The notes under the pieces: generated by a model
Told to the model about the DNA's origin: nothing
The model's input: only the letters and a program-made list of their open reading frames with translations
Database searches by the model: none
Position numbers and translations under genes: made by a program
Shown: positions 9,186 to 19,135 of the stretch, piece by piece
Position numbering within the stretch: position 1 is the first letter of the stretch
How the letters are laid out: the number at the start of each line of letters is the position of its first letter
Source: an uncultured bacterium
GTDB taxonomy: Bacteria > SAR324 > NAC60-12
NCBI GenBank assembly: GCA_965662235.1
Contig: CBFIGY010000026.1
Coordinates: forward strand, 1-40,603
Reading direction: 5' to 3'
Length of the DNA: 40,603 bases

Positions 9186-10196
9186 TCAAGAGCGGTTGGT
9201 CAGTTCCGCAAGAGACCGGAGCTTCTCCTCAGCAGCTCCGGAGTCAATGGCGGCTCGGGCCTGCTTCACGCCAGTAGCCAGGTCGGGCACCACGCCTCCG
9301 ACCAGCAATGCACCGGCGCTGTTGGCCAAGGCAATGTCCCGGGCAGTCCCCTGATCCTTCCCCGAAAGGATGGCCTCAATGATCTGCGCACTGTGGGCCG
9401 GACTGTCGATGGCAATGTCCTCCAGCTTCCCACGTGCCAGCCCCATTTCCTCCGGAGTGACGTCATACTCGCGGATGACCCCATCTTTCAGTTCCGCCAC
9501 GTGTGTGGTGTCCGTCACCGTCAGCTCGCACAGGCCATCGGCTCCGTGCACCACCAGCACATGCTGGGCGCCCAGACGCTGCAGCACCTCAGCCATGGTC
9601 CGGGTGAGGGCCGAGTTGGGAACCCCAATGAGCTGACGCTGCGCACCAGCCGGATTGGTCAAGGGGCCCAGGAAGTTGAAGACCGTCGGAATGCCTAGCT
9701 CCTTGCGGATGGGTCCGGCAAAGCGCATGGCCGGGTGGTGGTTGATGGCGTAGCAAAAACACAGGTCCAGCTCCCGGAGGCTGGCCTCCACCACAGGAAC
9801 CGGTGCCGCAATGTTGACGCCCAGCGATTCCAAGGCCTCTGCACTTCCGCTCTTGCGTGTGTTGGAGCGGTTCCCATGCTTGGCCACCACGGCTCCTGCA
9901 GCAGCAGCAATGATGGCCGCACAGGTGGAGATGTTGAAGGTGCTGATGCCGTTTCCACCGGTGCTGCAGGTGTCCACGGAATGGTCCGGGGCCTCAATGC
10001 GATGAGAGCGGTCTCGCATGGCAAGCGCCGCTCCGGCCATCTCATCAACGGTGGCCCCCTTGGCCTGCAGCAAGGCCAGCAGGGCAGCCGCTTGGACCGG
10101 AACAGCGTCTTCGCTCATGATCCAGAGGATCATCGCGTGCGCCTCTTCAAAGCTCAGGTCCTCGCCCCGGAGCAGTTTATTTAGCGTTGCATGCAT
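9186..10196 (-). CDS. trpD: Anthranilate phosphoribosyltransferase
   Basis: TFNIST, KHGNRS, HHPAMR, FNFLGPLTNP, HGADGLCE. Confidence 0.92.
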   Translation of the reverse strand: MHATLNKLLRGEDLSFEEAHAMILWIMSEDAVPVQAAALLALLQAKGATVDEMAGAALAMRDRSHRIEAPDHSVDTCSTGGNGISTFNISTCAAIIAAAAGAVVAKHGNRSNTRKSGSAEALESLGVNIAAPVPVVEASLRELDLCFCYAINHHPAMRFAGPIRKELGIPTVFNFLGPLTNPAGAQRQLIGVPNSALTRTMAEVLQRLGAQHVLVVHGADGLCELTVTDTTHVAELKDGVIREYDVTPEEMGLARGKLEDIAIDSPAHSAQIIEAILSGKDQGTARDIALANSAGALLVGGVVPDLATGVKQARAAIDSGAAEEKLRSLAELTNRS

Positions 10197-10224
10197 GCGG
10201 TTCTCATCAAGGTAAGGTCTCGGG

Positions 10225-12093
10225 TTAGCGCCTGCGGGTTCGGCGACGGTAGATCACCACCCCCGCCAGTCCCACCAGCAGCGGCACGGCGATCAGGTTG
10301 AGCAGCAGCAGCCGGTTCCCCAGTTGCTCAATGTCCTGCCGGAGGATCTTCCGGACCTCCCGGAGCTTGCGGCGGGTCTGGCGTTCCTCCTCGCGGAACT
10401 GTTTGATCTCATCCTGAATTTCCGGAGGCAGCAGCACGTCCTGATCGCTACCGCCGGTGCCCTGGAGCAGCTGATCCAGCTTCCCCTGCACTTCCTGCAG
10501 CGACGCCTGAAGGGCCTGTTCTTCCTCCTGATAACGCAGCTGTGCCTGCTGCTGGAGGGCGATCAGGCGGGTGAACGGACGCTGGAACCGGCCCCGGGAG
10601 CGGATGCTCCGCAGAGCATCGTTTCCGGAAAGGAACTCGATGGCGCCCAACCCCAGGTTCAGGTTGTCGTTGGTGGGCTGAATCAGTTCCTGTCCCAGGA
10701 AGCTCAGCCGCTGCACCGAGTAGCCGTCGCTGAGGAAGTCGACATCCGCAAACACCAAAATGGTGTTGGGCTCCTTCGCCTGCTTCAGGTGCGGCAGAGT
10801 CGGCGTCGGCGCCGGCTGATCGCCCTGGCTTGGGGCCGGAGGAGGCCCGTCGGGGAAGGCGCTGGTGAAGGTGTCGCGGTACAGGGCCACGAGGGCCTGT
10901 GGCTGTCCGGACGGCTTGAGCTCACGTGCCATCTGCTGTGGCTGCATGAAGCGCAGCATGAACGCATCGGCCAGGCCACTCTCCGGACTGGTGGAGATGA
11001 GCGGCGTCATTTCCACGGAGCTGCCGTTGTCCTTCCCCAGGGCCCCGGCTTCAATGAACAGCAAGGACTCCAGCTCAGAGGTCAACGGGTGGTCCGCGTC
11101 CAGCTGGCTGCTCTGCAGGCTAAGCCAGAAGGGAAACCGGAGGATCCCACTGCTTGTGTTCACCGGGGTCGCCTGCTGGAAGTCACCGACAATCTTTCCG
11201 GGGTCAAACGTGATGCCCCAGGCCTGGCGTAGCTGAGGCAGGTCGCTGCTGAGGTTGGGCTGCTGCGACATCTGGTTCATCGGCGAGCTCAGGTCGGCCC
11301 GGGAGTTGGGATCGAGCATGAGGATGAGCTGCCCTCCACGCAGGACAAACTGATCAATCGCGTACTGAGCCGATGGGCTGAATTCCTTGGGGTGCATCAC
11401 CAGGAGCGTGGAGATGTCTTCTGGAACCTCCACCAGATTGGGCTGCAGCATCTGCAGGTCCTGGGTCTTTTCCAACTCACTCAGGAAGGCCCACTTCTGA
11501 CTCGGAGGCTGCCCCGGAACCATTGCAGGTCCGCCGTTGAGGTTCATGGACGAGAGCACGCCCACCTTCGGCTTGTTGACCTGGCTGATTTCGTAGATCG
11601 CTTGGGTCAGGTCGTACTCCAGAAACTCCTGCCGACGGGGGTCCAGAAACGGCAGCGCGGTCTGCCGATCCAGCAGCTGCAGAGAGACGCCAAAGTAGAC
11701 GGGCGTTCCGCTGGGCAGGGTCACGGCATCGACGCCGTACTGCTGGGCCTCCACTTCTTCATCCGAGTCGGGCTTGGGGTCAATGACCCGCAGTTCCATT
11801 TGTCCTCCGGAGAGGGCTTCATACTCACCCAACAGGTCTTCCACCCGCTGCGCGTAGGTTTTGAACGACGTGGGAAGCTCCGCGTTGCTTTCAGAGAAGT
11901 AGAGCTTCACCAGCAAGGGGTCTTCCAGGTTCTTGAGGATTTCACGGGACCCCGGGGAGATCGTAAAGAGCTGGTCCTCTGTGACGTCTAGGCGAGCCGC
12001 CGGCAGCAGCGCGACCAGGACGTTGATGGCAATGAGGCAAACCAGCAGCAGGACGACCAGGACCCAGGGTTTGGTGCGTTCACCGAAGTTCAT
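10225..12093 (-). CDS. GldG-like ABC transporter auxiliary component
   Basis: N- and C-terminal TM helices, RLDVTEDQLFTIS, LEYDLT, AIDQFVLRGG, ADVDFL, C-terminal coiled coil. Confidence 0.85.
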   Translation of the reverse strand: MNFGERTKPWVLVVLLLVCLIAINVLVALLPAARLDVTEDQLFTISPGSREILKNLEDPLLVKLYFSESNAELPTSFKTYAQRVEDLLGEYEALSGGQMELRVIDPKPDSDEEVEAQQYGVDAVTLPSGTPVYFGVSLQLLDRQTALPFLDPRRQEFLEYDLTQAIYEISQVNKPKVGVLSSMNLNGGPAMVPGQPPSQKWAFLSELEKTQDLQMLQPNLVEVPEDISTLLVMHPKEFSPSAQYAIDQFVLRGGQLILMLDPNSRADLSSPMNQMSQQPNLSSDLPQLRQAWGITFDPGKIVGDFQQATPVNTSSGILRFPFWLSLQSSQLDADHPLTSELESLLFIEAGALGKDNGSSVEMTPLISTSPESGLADAFMLRFMQPQQMARELKPSGQPQALVALYRDTFTSAFPDGPPPAPSQGDQPAPTPTLPHLKQAKEPNTILVFADVDFLSDGYSVQRLSFLGQELIQPTNDNLNLGLGAIEFLSGNDALRSIRSRGRFQRPFTRLIALQQQAQLRYQEEEQALQASLQEVQGKLDQLLQGTGGSDQDVLLPPEIQDEIKQFREEERQTRRKLREVRKILRQDIEQLGNRLLLLNLIAVPLLVGLAGVVIYRRRTRRR

Positions 12094-12146
12094 GGCGATG
12101 CGTCAGGATAAGGGTTCCAAATCACAAAAAATCACGTTCCGTTGCC

Positions 12147-12878
12147 TTAGCGGCTCTGGGAGTCAAGGACCACCACATTGATCAGCAGCATGAAGCCGAT
12201 CACCGAGGTGAAGTAGACAAAGTCCCGCAGATCAATCACTCCGCGGCGAATCGCTTCAAAGTGAGCGGCAAAGCTGAACTGCGCCAGCGTGTCGGTCAAC
12301 CAGACGGGGAAGAGCGCATTCAGGGCATTGGAGAAGACGCCCCATCCGAGCAGCACCAGCACCAGGCAGATGACCACGCTGAGGATGAAGCTGATGACCT
12401 GGTTCTTGGTCAGGGCCGAGGTGAAGCTGGTGATCGCCAGGTAGGCCCCAGCCATCAGGAAGCTCCCGAAGTACCCGGCCAGGATCGGTCCGGTGTCCGG
12501 ATCACCCAGGTACTGAACCGTCAGGACCATGGGGAAGGTGAGCACCAGAGCCACCCCAATGAAGACCCAGGCGGCTAGGAACTTGCTGAGCACGCTCACG
12601 CCAAGACGCACCGGCAGGGTCAGGAGCAGCTCATGCGTTCCCGCCCGGCGCTCCTCCGCCCACAGTCGCATGCCGACAGCCGGAATGAGGAACAGGTACA
12701 GCCAGGGGTGGAACATGAAGAAGATCTCCAGGCTCGCCTGCTGCGACTCGTAAAAGTTCCCCAGCAGGAAGGTGCATCCGGCGTTGGCCACCAGGAAGAT
12801 GATGATGAACACGTAAGCAACCGGTGAGCGGAAGTAGGCCAACAGCTCACGCTTGAAGAGGGGGGTCAATCCGTTCAT
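12147..12878 (-). CDS. GldF-like ABC-2 permease
   Basis: KRELLAYFRSPVAY, MRLWAEERRAGT, multiple TM segments. Confidence 0.88.
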   Translation of the reverse strand: MNGLTPLFKRELLAYFRSPVAYVFIIIFLVANAGCTFLLGNFYESQQASLEIFFMFHPWLYLFLIPAVGMRLWAEERRAGTHELLLTLPVRLGVSVLSKFLAAWVFIGVALVLTFPMVLTVQYLGDPDTGPILAGYFGSFLMAGAYLAITSFTSALTKNQVISFILSVVICLVLVLLGWGVFSNALNALFPVWLTDTLAQFSFAAHFEAIRRGVIDLRDFVYFTSVIGFMLLINVVVLDSQSR

Positions 12879-12881
12879 GGC

Positions 12882-13838
12882 TTAGTTGGTAGTGAGGGTT
12901 CGGAAAACTTCATCAAGCCGACCACGTTCGATGGTAAACTCAGAAATCGACACTTGCTGCTCGGCGAGGATCTGTTGGACCTCGGTGGTGATGATTTTTC
13001 CAGCTTCCGGAATCAGCCGCATCCGGCTTTCATCCGCTTCCCTCCTCGGAAGGGGTTCCACACGACTGACCGAATCCAGGCGCGCCAGCGCAAAGGTCAG
13101 GTCATGCGTGTCTTTGCTCTTGACGCTGAGGACCAGAGCATTGTGGTTCGGGGCCTGAGCCAGCAGCTCCTCGGGAGTGCCGTATCCCACAATCTGCCCC
13201 TGAGCAATGATCAGGGCTCGGGTGCACACTGCCTCCACTTCCTCAAGGATGTGGGTGGAGACCAGCACCGTTCGTTCCTGACCACGGGCGGTCCGTTCCT
13301 GACTCATGCGTTGGATGAGCGTCCGGACCTCATGCTTTTGGTTGGGATCCAGCCCGTCTGTGGGCTCATCGAGAATGAGCACCGGGGGATCATGGAGGAG
13401 GGCCTGCGCCAGGCAGGTGCGCTGACGGTAGCCCTTGGAGAGCGTTTCGATCATCTGCGACCGCACGTCCTGCAGCGAGGTGAGGTCCAGCACTCGGTCG
13501 ACCTGCCGGTCGCGGTCGGCTCCCTGGAAGCCCCGGACTTCTGCAATGAAGCCCAGGAACTCCTGAACCAGCATCTCCCCATAGGAGGGAGCGCTTTCTG
13601 GGAGGTACCCAAGTTGCTGCCGAACCTGCAACGGGTCCTGCAGGATGCTGTGCCCGCAGACCTCTGCGTCTCCGGAGGTGGGGGGGAGGAAGCACGTGAG
13701 CATCTTCATCGTGGTGGACTTACCGGCCCCGTTGGGACCAAGGAAGCCCAGGATCTCGTTGGCTCCCACTTCAAAGGAAAGGGCATTCACCGCTTGGAAC
13801 ATTCCGAAGCGTTTGCTTAATTGATTGACTCGAATCAT
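12882..13838 (-). CDS. GldA-like ABC transporter ATP-binding protein
   Basis: Walker A GPNGAGKST, LSKGYRQR signature, ILDEPT, STH. Start at MIRVNQ (13838). Confidence 0.92.
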   Translation of the reverse strand: MIRVNQLSKRFGMFQAVNALSFEVGANEILGFLGPNGAGKSTTMKMLTCFLPPTSGDAEVCGHSILQDPLQVRQQLGYLPESAPSYGEMLVQEFLGFIAEVRGFQGADRDRQVDRVLDLTSLQDVRSQMIETLSKGYRQRTCLAQALLHDPPVLILDEPTDGLDPNQKHEVRTLIQRMSQERTARGQERTVLVSTHILEEVEAVCTRALIIAQGQIVGYGTPEELLAQAPNHNALVLSVKSKDTHDLTFALARLDSVSRVEPLPRREADESRMRLIPEAGKIITTEVQQILAEQQVSISEFTIERGRLDEVFRTLTTN

Positions 13839-14053
13839 GATCGCCGTTTCGTTGGGATGCGTTGTGAAAGAGACAACCAAATATCTTCAAGACGTTGCAA
13901 GATTTTGCAAGCACCAATCCGTATCAAGGGGCAAAGTCCGTCCACTTTCCAGGAGTCTCCGGACCGGTTTCCCCAGGTTTTCACGCTTCTTGAATGTCCC
14001 TCCGCAGCCCCCTGAGCGGGGAACCATCTCACCGCATCTTAATGAGAGTTGAA

Positions 14054-15016
14054 ATGAAGAAGTGGTCTTGGGGCGTGCTCCTGTTGCTGAGCACCGGACC
14101 GTTGTCCGCAGAGCCAGTTGCCACCAGTTACTACTCGGTTCAACCCCACAGCGAACCCCTCCCCTGCTACCTAGACGCTGTCGAGGTGACGCTGATGGAC
14201 CTGCAGAGCCGAGTCCACCTCAAAGCCAACCTTCCCGACGGCGCCGTGGAGTCGTGTGTGCTGCAGGACCGCGAAGCCGATCTGCAGGAAGACCGGGGGG
14301 ACTTTACCTTTGAGCTGCCTCTGACCGAGAGCCGCTCGCTCTACACCGTCCGGAGTGGACGCCTGGAAGCCGATCCGGAAGACGGTTGGTTCCGGCCCCG
14401 GCTCATCCTGCGCTACGCGTTCCTTCCCGACCAAAACGTCTACCAGCTCAGCCTCCGGGCCGGCACTGCCGTTCTGGAGCAGCAAATGGAACGCCTCACC
14501 GAAGTCCGTCAGGCGCCTCCCCCGGCAAAAGGTTCCACCGGCACCGGCGGGTACCAGGACCTGACCTTTGGGATGAGCCGTGACGAAGCAGGGGTGATCC
14601 TGCAGCGGGTCTGTGAAACGTACTTTCGGGAAGCCCTCGATTTCTACGCCGACCGCTGCTACCGCGTCGGCAGCATCCGTCGCGACATGGTCCTCAGCTT
14701 CAGTCGCATGGATCAGCAGCTGCAGCGCATTGACCTGCGGATGGGCATCTTTTCTGAAGAGCGGCTCAAGGACATCGACCGGACCCTCGAATCCAAGTAC
14801 GGCTTCAGCCAGGGACTGTCGATTCAGGAGATGGCCCAAACCGGCGGACGTCCGGGCGCCCAGCTGCTGCGCATGTACGGAGGCGGTTCCGTGGTCCTCC
14901 AGGTGAGTGCCGATGGACAGAACTCCCAGATCAGCGTCCTCTACCTGAACCAGGAGCTGGCAAGCCGGATGATCTCCAACCGTGGGGGCGCCTCTGTGCT
15001 GTATCAGGAACTCTGA
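14054..15016 (+). CDS. Secreted hypothetical protein
   Basis: Signal peptide MKKWSWGVLLLLSTGPLSA. Two domains joined by a Pro/Gly linker. Ends 3 nt before nth. Confidence 0.7.
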   Translation: MKKWSWGVLLLLSTGPLSAEPVATSYYSVQPHSEPLPCYLDAVEVTLMDLQSRVHLKANLPDGAVESCVLQDREADLQEDRGDFTFELPLTESRSLYTVRSGRLEADPEDGWFRPRLILRYAFLPDQNVYQLSLRAGTAVLEQQMERLTEVRQAPPPAKGSTGTGGYQDLTFGMSRDEAGVILQRVCETYFREALDFYADRCYRVGSIRRDMVLSFSRMDQQLQRIDLRMGIFSEERLKDIDRTLESKYGFSQGLSIQEMAQTGGRPGAQLLRMYGGGSVVLQVSADGQNSQISVLYLNQELASRMISNRGGASVLYQEL

Positions 15017-15019
15017 CCC

Positions 15020-15655
15020 ATGAAGCCTGCGACCGTCCGGACCCTCTTCACCAAGCTGAGTGCGGCCTTTCCTCATCCCACCACGGAGTTGATCTACCGC
15101 AACCCCTTTGAGCTGCTGATCGCCGTCATCCTCAGTGCACAGGCCACAGACAAGTCCGTCAACCGCGTCACACCGGCGCTCTTTCAGGCCTATCCCGATC
15201 CGGCGTCTCTGCACCAAGCCGGTGACACCACGGTGCTGTCCTTCATCAAAAGCATCGGGCTCGCGCCCACCAAGGCCCGCAACGTCGTCAAGACCTGCGG
15301 CCTGCTGGTTTCCGAACACCAGGGGCAGGTTCCGGAAGACCGAGCCGCCCTAGAAGCCCTCCCTGGAGTGGGCCGGAAGACCGCCAACGTGATCCTGAAT
15401 ACAGCGTTTGGACACCCCACCATTGCCGTTGACACCCACATCTTCCGGGTCTCCAACCGCACCGGGCTCGCCCCTGGGAAGGACGTCCGGGAGGTGGAAG
15501 ACCACCTGCTTCAGGTCGTCCCCCGTAAGTTCCTCCAAGACGCCCACCACCTGCTGATCCTGCACGGACGCTACACCTGCATGGCCCGTCGCCCTCAGTG
15601 CGGCACCTGCCCCATCTACCGCCAGTGTGAGTGGCCTGAAAAGGCAAAAGCCTAG
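15020..15655 (+). CDS. nth: Endonuclease III
   Basis: LSAQATD, HhH LPGVGRKTA, AVDTH, 4Fe-4S motif C-x6-C-x2-C-x5-C. Confidence 0.96.
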   Translation: MKPATVRTLFTKLSAAFPHPTTELIYRNPFELLIAVILSAQATDKSVNRVTPALFQAYPDPASLHQAGDTTVLSFIKSIGLAPTKARNVVKTCGLLVSEHQGQVPEDRAALEALPGVGRKTANVILNTAFGHPTIAVDTHIFRVSNRTGLAPGKDVREVEDHLLQVVPRKFLQDAHHLLILHGRYTCMARRPQCGTCPIYRQCEWPEKAKA

Positions 15656-15742
15656 CTCGGACAAAAACTAGCTTTCTCTTGAAAAAGAGAAGACTTACAC
15701 TGATTTGTTTTGAGTACGGCAGGAGACCTGAAGGAGAACAGA

Positions 15743-16741
15743 GTGGTCAACTCAATGGGCGTCATTGGAGCGGGGGCATGGGGAACCGCCCTGGCGCTGC
15801 AGCTTACCCGAACCGGACACCCCGTGACGCTCTGGGCTCATGAGCCTGAAACCGTGGAGGCCATCAACCGGACCCACACGAATCCCTTTTTCCTCCCCGG
15901 CATTGAACTTCCCCCTGACCTGCAGGCCACCTCGGCGCTTGAGGAGCTGGTGGCCTCCCACACGCACCTGATCTGGGCCACCCCTTCGCAGGTGGTGCGT
16001 CCGCTGGCGCAGCAGGTGGCGCCGCACATGCGTCCGGAGCACCAGGTGGCCTTGGTGTCCAAGGGGCTGGAAGCCGACTCGCTCAAGTGGCTGACGCAGG
16101 TGCTGCAGGAGGAATGGCCTCAGCAACCGGGACTGGCGGTGCTGTCGGGTCCCACATTTGCGCTGGAACTGGCTCAGCAGCTTCCGACGGCAGCGGTGCT
16201 GGCCAGTGAAGCGTCCGGCCCCCTGGATGCCTTTCAACAGGCCCTGAGCGGCAACCGCTTTCGCCTCTACCGGAGTCCGGACCTCATCGGCGTCCAGGTC
16301 GGAGGCGCCGTCAAGAATGTGCTCGCCATTGCGGCAGGCATTGTCGATGGCATGGCCCTGGGCCTGAACGCCCGGGCGGCCCTCGTGTGTCGGGGGTTGG
16401 CCGAAATGACCCGGCTGGGCCTGGCAGTGGGCGGACGGGCAGAAACCTTCTCCGGGCTCTCCGGCCTCGGGGACCTGGTCCTCACAGCAACCGGAAGCCT
16501 TTCCCGGAATCACGAGTTTGGACGCCAACTGGGCGCTGGACAGTCGGTTGCCGGCAGCCTTCCTGCAGGAGGAAAGGTGGTGGAAGGCGCCGCCAATGCC
16601 TCCACGTTGCTGAAGCTGGCCCAGCAGTACCAAGTGGAGCTTCCCATCTGTGAAGCAGTGCACCAGGTGGTGCATCAGGGGCTTCCCTGTGCTGACGCGC
16701 TTCAGCACCTTTTAGAACGAGACGTCCCAACTTGGGAGTGA
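15743..16741 (+). CDS. gpsA: NAD(P)H-dependent glycerol-3-phosphate dehydrogenase
   Basis: GAGAWGTALA, SKGLE, SGPTFA, GAVKNVLA, GLGDLVLT, SRN. GTG start after AAGGAG. Confidence 0.94.
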   Translation: MVNSMGVIGAGAWGTALALQLTRTGHPVTLWAHEPETVEAINRTHTNPFFLPGIELPPDLQATSALEELVASHTHLIWATPSQVVRPLAQQVAPHMRPEHQVALVSKGLEADSLKWLTQVLQEEWPQQPGLAVLSGPTFALELAQQLPTAAVLASEASGPLDAFQQALSGNRFRLYRSPDLIGVQVGGAVKNVLAIAAGIVDGMALGLNARAALVCRGLAEMTRLGLAVGGRAETFSGLSGLGDLVLTATGSLSRNHEFGRQLGAGQSVAGSLPAGGKVVEGAANASTLLKLAQQYQVELPICEAVHQVVHQGLPCADALQHLLERDVPTWE

Positions 16742-16760
16742 ATTTTATCCGAATGGTTCC

Positions 16761-18077
16761 ATGAACTTCAGTGCCTTGACCCAATCAATTTCCTGGAACT
16801 GGTTCTTCGTCTACACCCTCTTCATTGCCAGCACCTTCAGCATTGCGGCCTCAGAGGCGTCCATCACCTTCCTCTACCTGATTGGGCTGGTGGTGCACCT
16901 TTGGCGCCGGTACCTGCCCCGGATGAACGATTCCCTGCTTTGGGTAATGCTGGGGTACATCGCCGTGGTCGAGGTGTCCAGCCTCCTGAGTCCGTATCAG
17001 CCGGACCTGCTGATGGCGTTGCGGAACAACTGGCGCTTCCTGCTGCCGTTCATCCTGGCGTCGATCTTTCAGGAGCGGCACGAGGAAACGGTGCTGCAGT
17101 GGTTCTTCCTCTTCCTCTTCCTCTTCAGCCTCTATGGCGTCATTCAGTTCTTCACCGGTGTGGACTGGCTTCGGCTCCCAGAAAACAGCCTGGCCACGCC
17201 GTATGGCGACTCCGGTTACTGGCACGGCAAGGGCAACTTCACCCACCACCTGACCTTCGGAGGGTACCTAGTGGTGTGCTTCCCCCTGACCGTCGCCCTT
17301 GTGTTCTGCAAGGAGTGGGGACCGGCCGCCCGGTTCCTGATGGTGCTGCTGGCCCTCACCGTGTTTGCCGGAATCATTTCCTCAATGGGCCGTAGCGTGT
17401 GGCTGGGAACGCTGGTGGCCTCCGTGGTGCTCGGCCTGTGGATCATGCCCCGGACAACGCTGCTCGCGGTCCTCGGGGTGGGCCTTCTGGCATGGGGGCT
17501 CTACTCGCAGTACTCGCATGCCTCTCCGATGGCTCAGCAGAGCGACTCGCCGGTGGAAGCCCTTCAGCAACGCCTGGCCTCTGCCTTCTCGCCAGATGCC
17601 AACCGGGACCGGCTCTACATGTGGGCGTCCGGCTGGGACGCAATTCAGGATCACTACTGGCTGGGCATCGGATACGACACCGACGAGGAGGTCATCCGGG
17701 AGTACCGCAAGCCCTATGAGGCCGCAGGGCACACCTTCCTGAATGGTCCGGGAGTTGGGCTGCACAACCTCTACCTCCAGACCTGGCTGAGCTACGGGCT
17801 GGTCGGCCTGCTGAGCTTCCTGGGCATCTGGGTCCTGTTTTTTGCCAAAGCCTTCCGGGCCATTTTACGCTCAGAACGTTTTACCTTCTCCAACGCCGTG
17901 CTCTGGGGAACCGTGGCCGGCATCGTTGGGCACTTGACTGCGGCCAACTTTGAGAACAACTTTCACGACGGCGAGGTGCAGACCATTGTCCTCATCATGA
18001 TGGGGCTGGGGCTGGTCCAGATGGAACGCCTCAACCGCCGGATCTTCAACCCCAAATCGACGCGGAGGCCACTATGA
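16761..18077 (+). CDS. O-antigen ligase family (Wzy_C) membrane protein
   Basis: Multi-TM, GRSVWLG, RLYMW, LGIG, HNLYLQ. Confidence 0.82.
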   Translation: MNFSALTQSISWNWFFVYTLFIASTFSIAASEASITFLYLIGLVVHLWRRYLPRMNDSLLWVMLGYIAVVEVSSLLSPYQPDLLMALRNNWRFLLPFILASIFQERHEETVLQWFFLFLFLFSLYGVIQFFTGVDWLRLPENSLATPYGDSGYWHGKGNFTHHLTFGGYLVVCFPLTVALVFCKEWGPAARFLMVLLALTVFAGIISSMGRSVWLGTLVASVVLGLWIMPRTTLLAVLGVGLLAWGLYSQYSHASPMAQQSDSPVEALQQRLASAFSPDANRDRLYMWASGWDAIQDHYWLGIGYDTDEEVIREYRKPYEAAGHTFLNGPGVGLHNLYLQTWLSYGLVGLLSFLGIWVLFFAKAFRAILRSERFTFSNAVLWGTVAGIVGHLTAANFENNFHDGEVQTIVLIMMGLGLVQMERLNRRIFNPKSTRRPL

Positions 18078-19069
18078 CCCTTCCTGCTGACATGCAGTAC
18101 ATCTTCTTCAACGGCTACGGGGGCCCAGAGGTGCTGGAGCCTCGACGCATGCCGGTGCCCACTCCCGGCGCCGATGAGGTGCTCATTCAGGTCGCTTTTG
18201 CTGGCGTCAACCGTCCGGACGCCCTGCAGCGTCAAGGCGCCTATCCACCTCCGCCAGGCGCCAGCGACATCCCCGGTCTTGAGGTTTCTGGAACCGTGGT
18301 CGCTTTGGGAGCAGGGGCTCCCGAGGCGCTGCTGGGACAGTCGGTGTGTGCCCTGGTGCACAGTGGCGGATACAGCGAATACTGCGTCGCCTCTGCACCG
18401 CTGTGCCTCCCGGTGCCCAAGGCCCTGAGCCTTGAGGAAGCGGCAGGCCTGCCCGAGACCTTCTTTACGGTCTGGACCAACGTCTTTGAGCGTGGGCGAC
18501 TGCAGGCCGGAGAGCGCTTGCTGGTGCACGGAGGATCCAGTGGCATTGGAACCACTGCCATTCAGCTGGCCAAGGCCTTTGGCGCCACAGTCTACACCAC
18601 CGTCGGCAACGAAGAGAAGCGGCAGGCCTGCCTAAGCCTAGGGGCCGACGCAGCCATCAATTACAAGACAGAGGACTTTGAGGAGCAGGTCCTCACCCTC
18701 ACAGAAGGTGCCGGTGTCGACGTCATCCTCGACATGGTCGCGGGCCCGTACCTTCCGAAGAACATCCGTCTCCTCGCTTTGGAAGGACGGTTGGTGCAGA
18801 TTGCCTTCCTGCAGGGAAGCCAGGCCGAGGTGGACTTTGCGCCGCTGCTCCGCAAACGCGTTACCCTCACCGGCTCCACGCTCCGGCCCCGGACGGTGGA
18901 ACAGAAGGCGGAAATCGCCCAGGCCCTTCAGGAGCGGGTCTGGCCCCTCCTTGAGCAGGGAGCCCTGCGCCCTCTGATCCACCAGGTGTTCCCTCTGGCA
19001 GAGGCCGCGGCAGCGCATGCCCTGATGGAGTCCAGCCAGCACATTGGAAAACTGCTCCTGCGTCCTTAA
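18074..19069 (+). CDS. NAD(P)H-quinone oxidoreductase (PIG3/MDR family)
   Basis: GVNRPD, PGLEVSG, HGGSSGIG, GSTLRPR, HIGKLLL. Confidence 0.92.
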   Translation: MTLPADMQYIFFNGYGGPEVLEPRRMPVPTPGADEVLIQVAFAGVNRPDALQRQGAYPPPPGASDIPGLEVSGTVVALGAGAPEALLGQSVCALVHSGGYSEYCVASAPLCLPVPKALSLEEAAGLPETFFTVWTNVFERGRLQAGERLLVHGGSSGIGTTAIQLAKAFGATVYTTVGNEEKRQACLSLGADAAINYKTEDFEEQVLTLTEGAGVDVILDMVAGPYLPKNIRLLALEGRLVQIAFLQGSQAEVDFAPLLRKRVTLTGSTLRPRTVEQKAEIAQALQERVWPLLEQGALRPLIHQVFPLAEAAAAHALMESSQHIGKLLLRP

Positions 19070-19135
19070 TCGCACCACGCCCCCCTCCGTCGAGGGATCC
19101 GGTCCGGTGTTCGTCCTGTCTCTTTGAGCCTCTTT

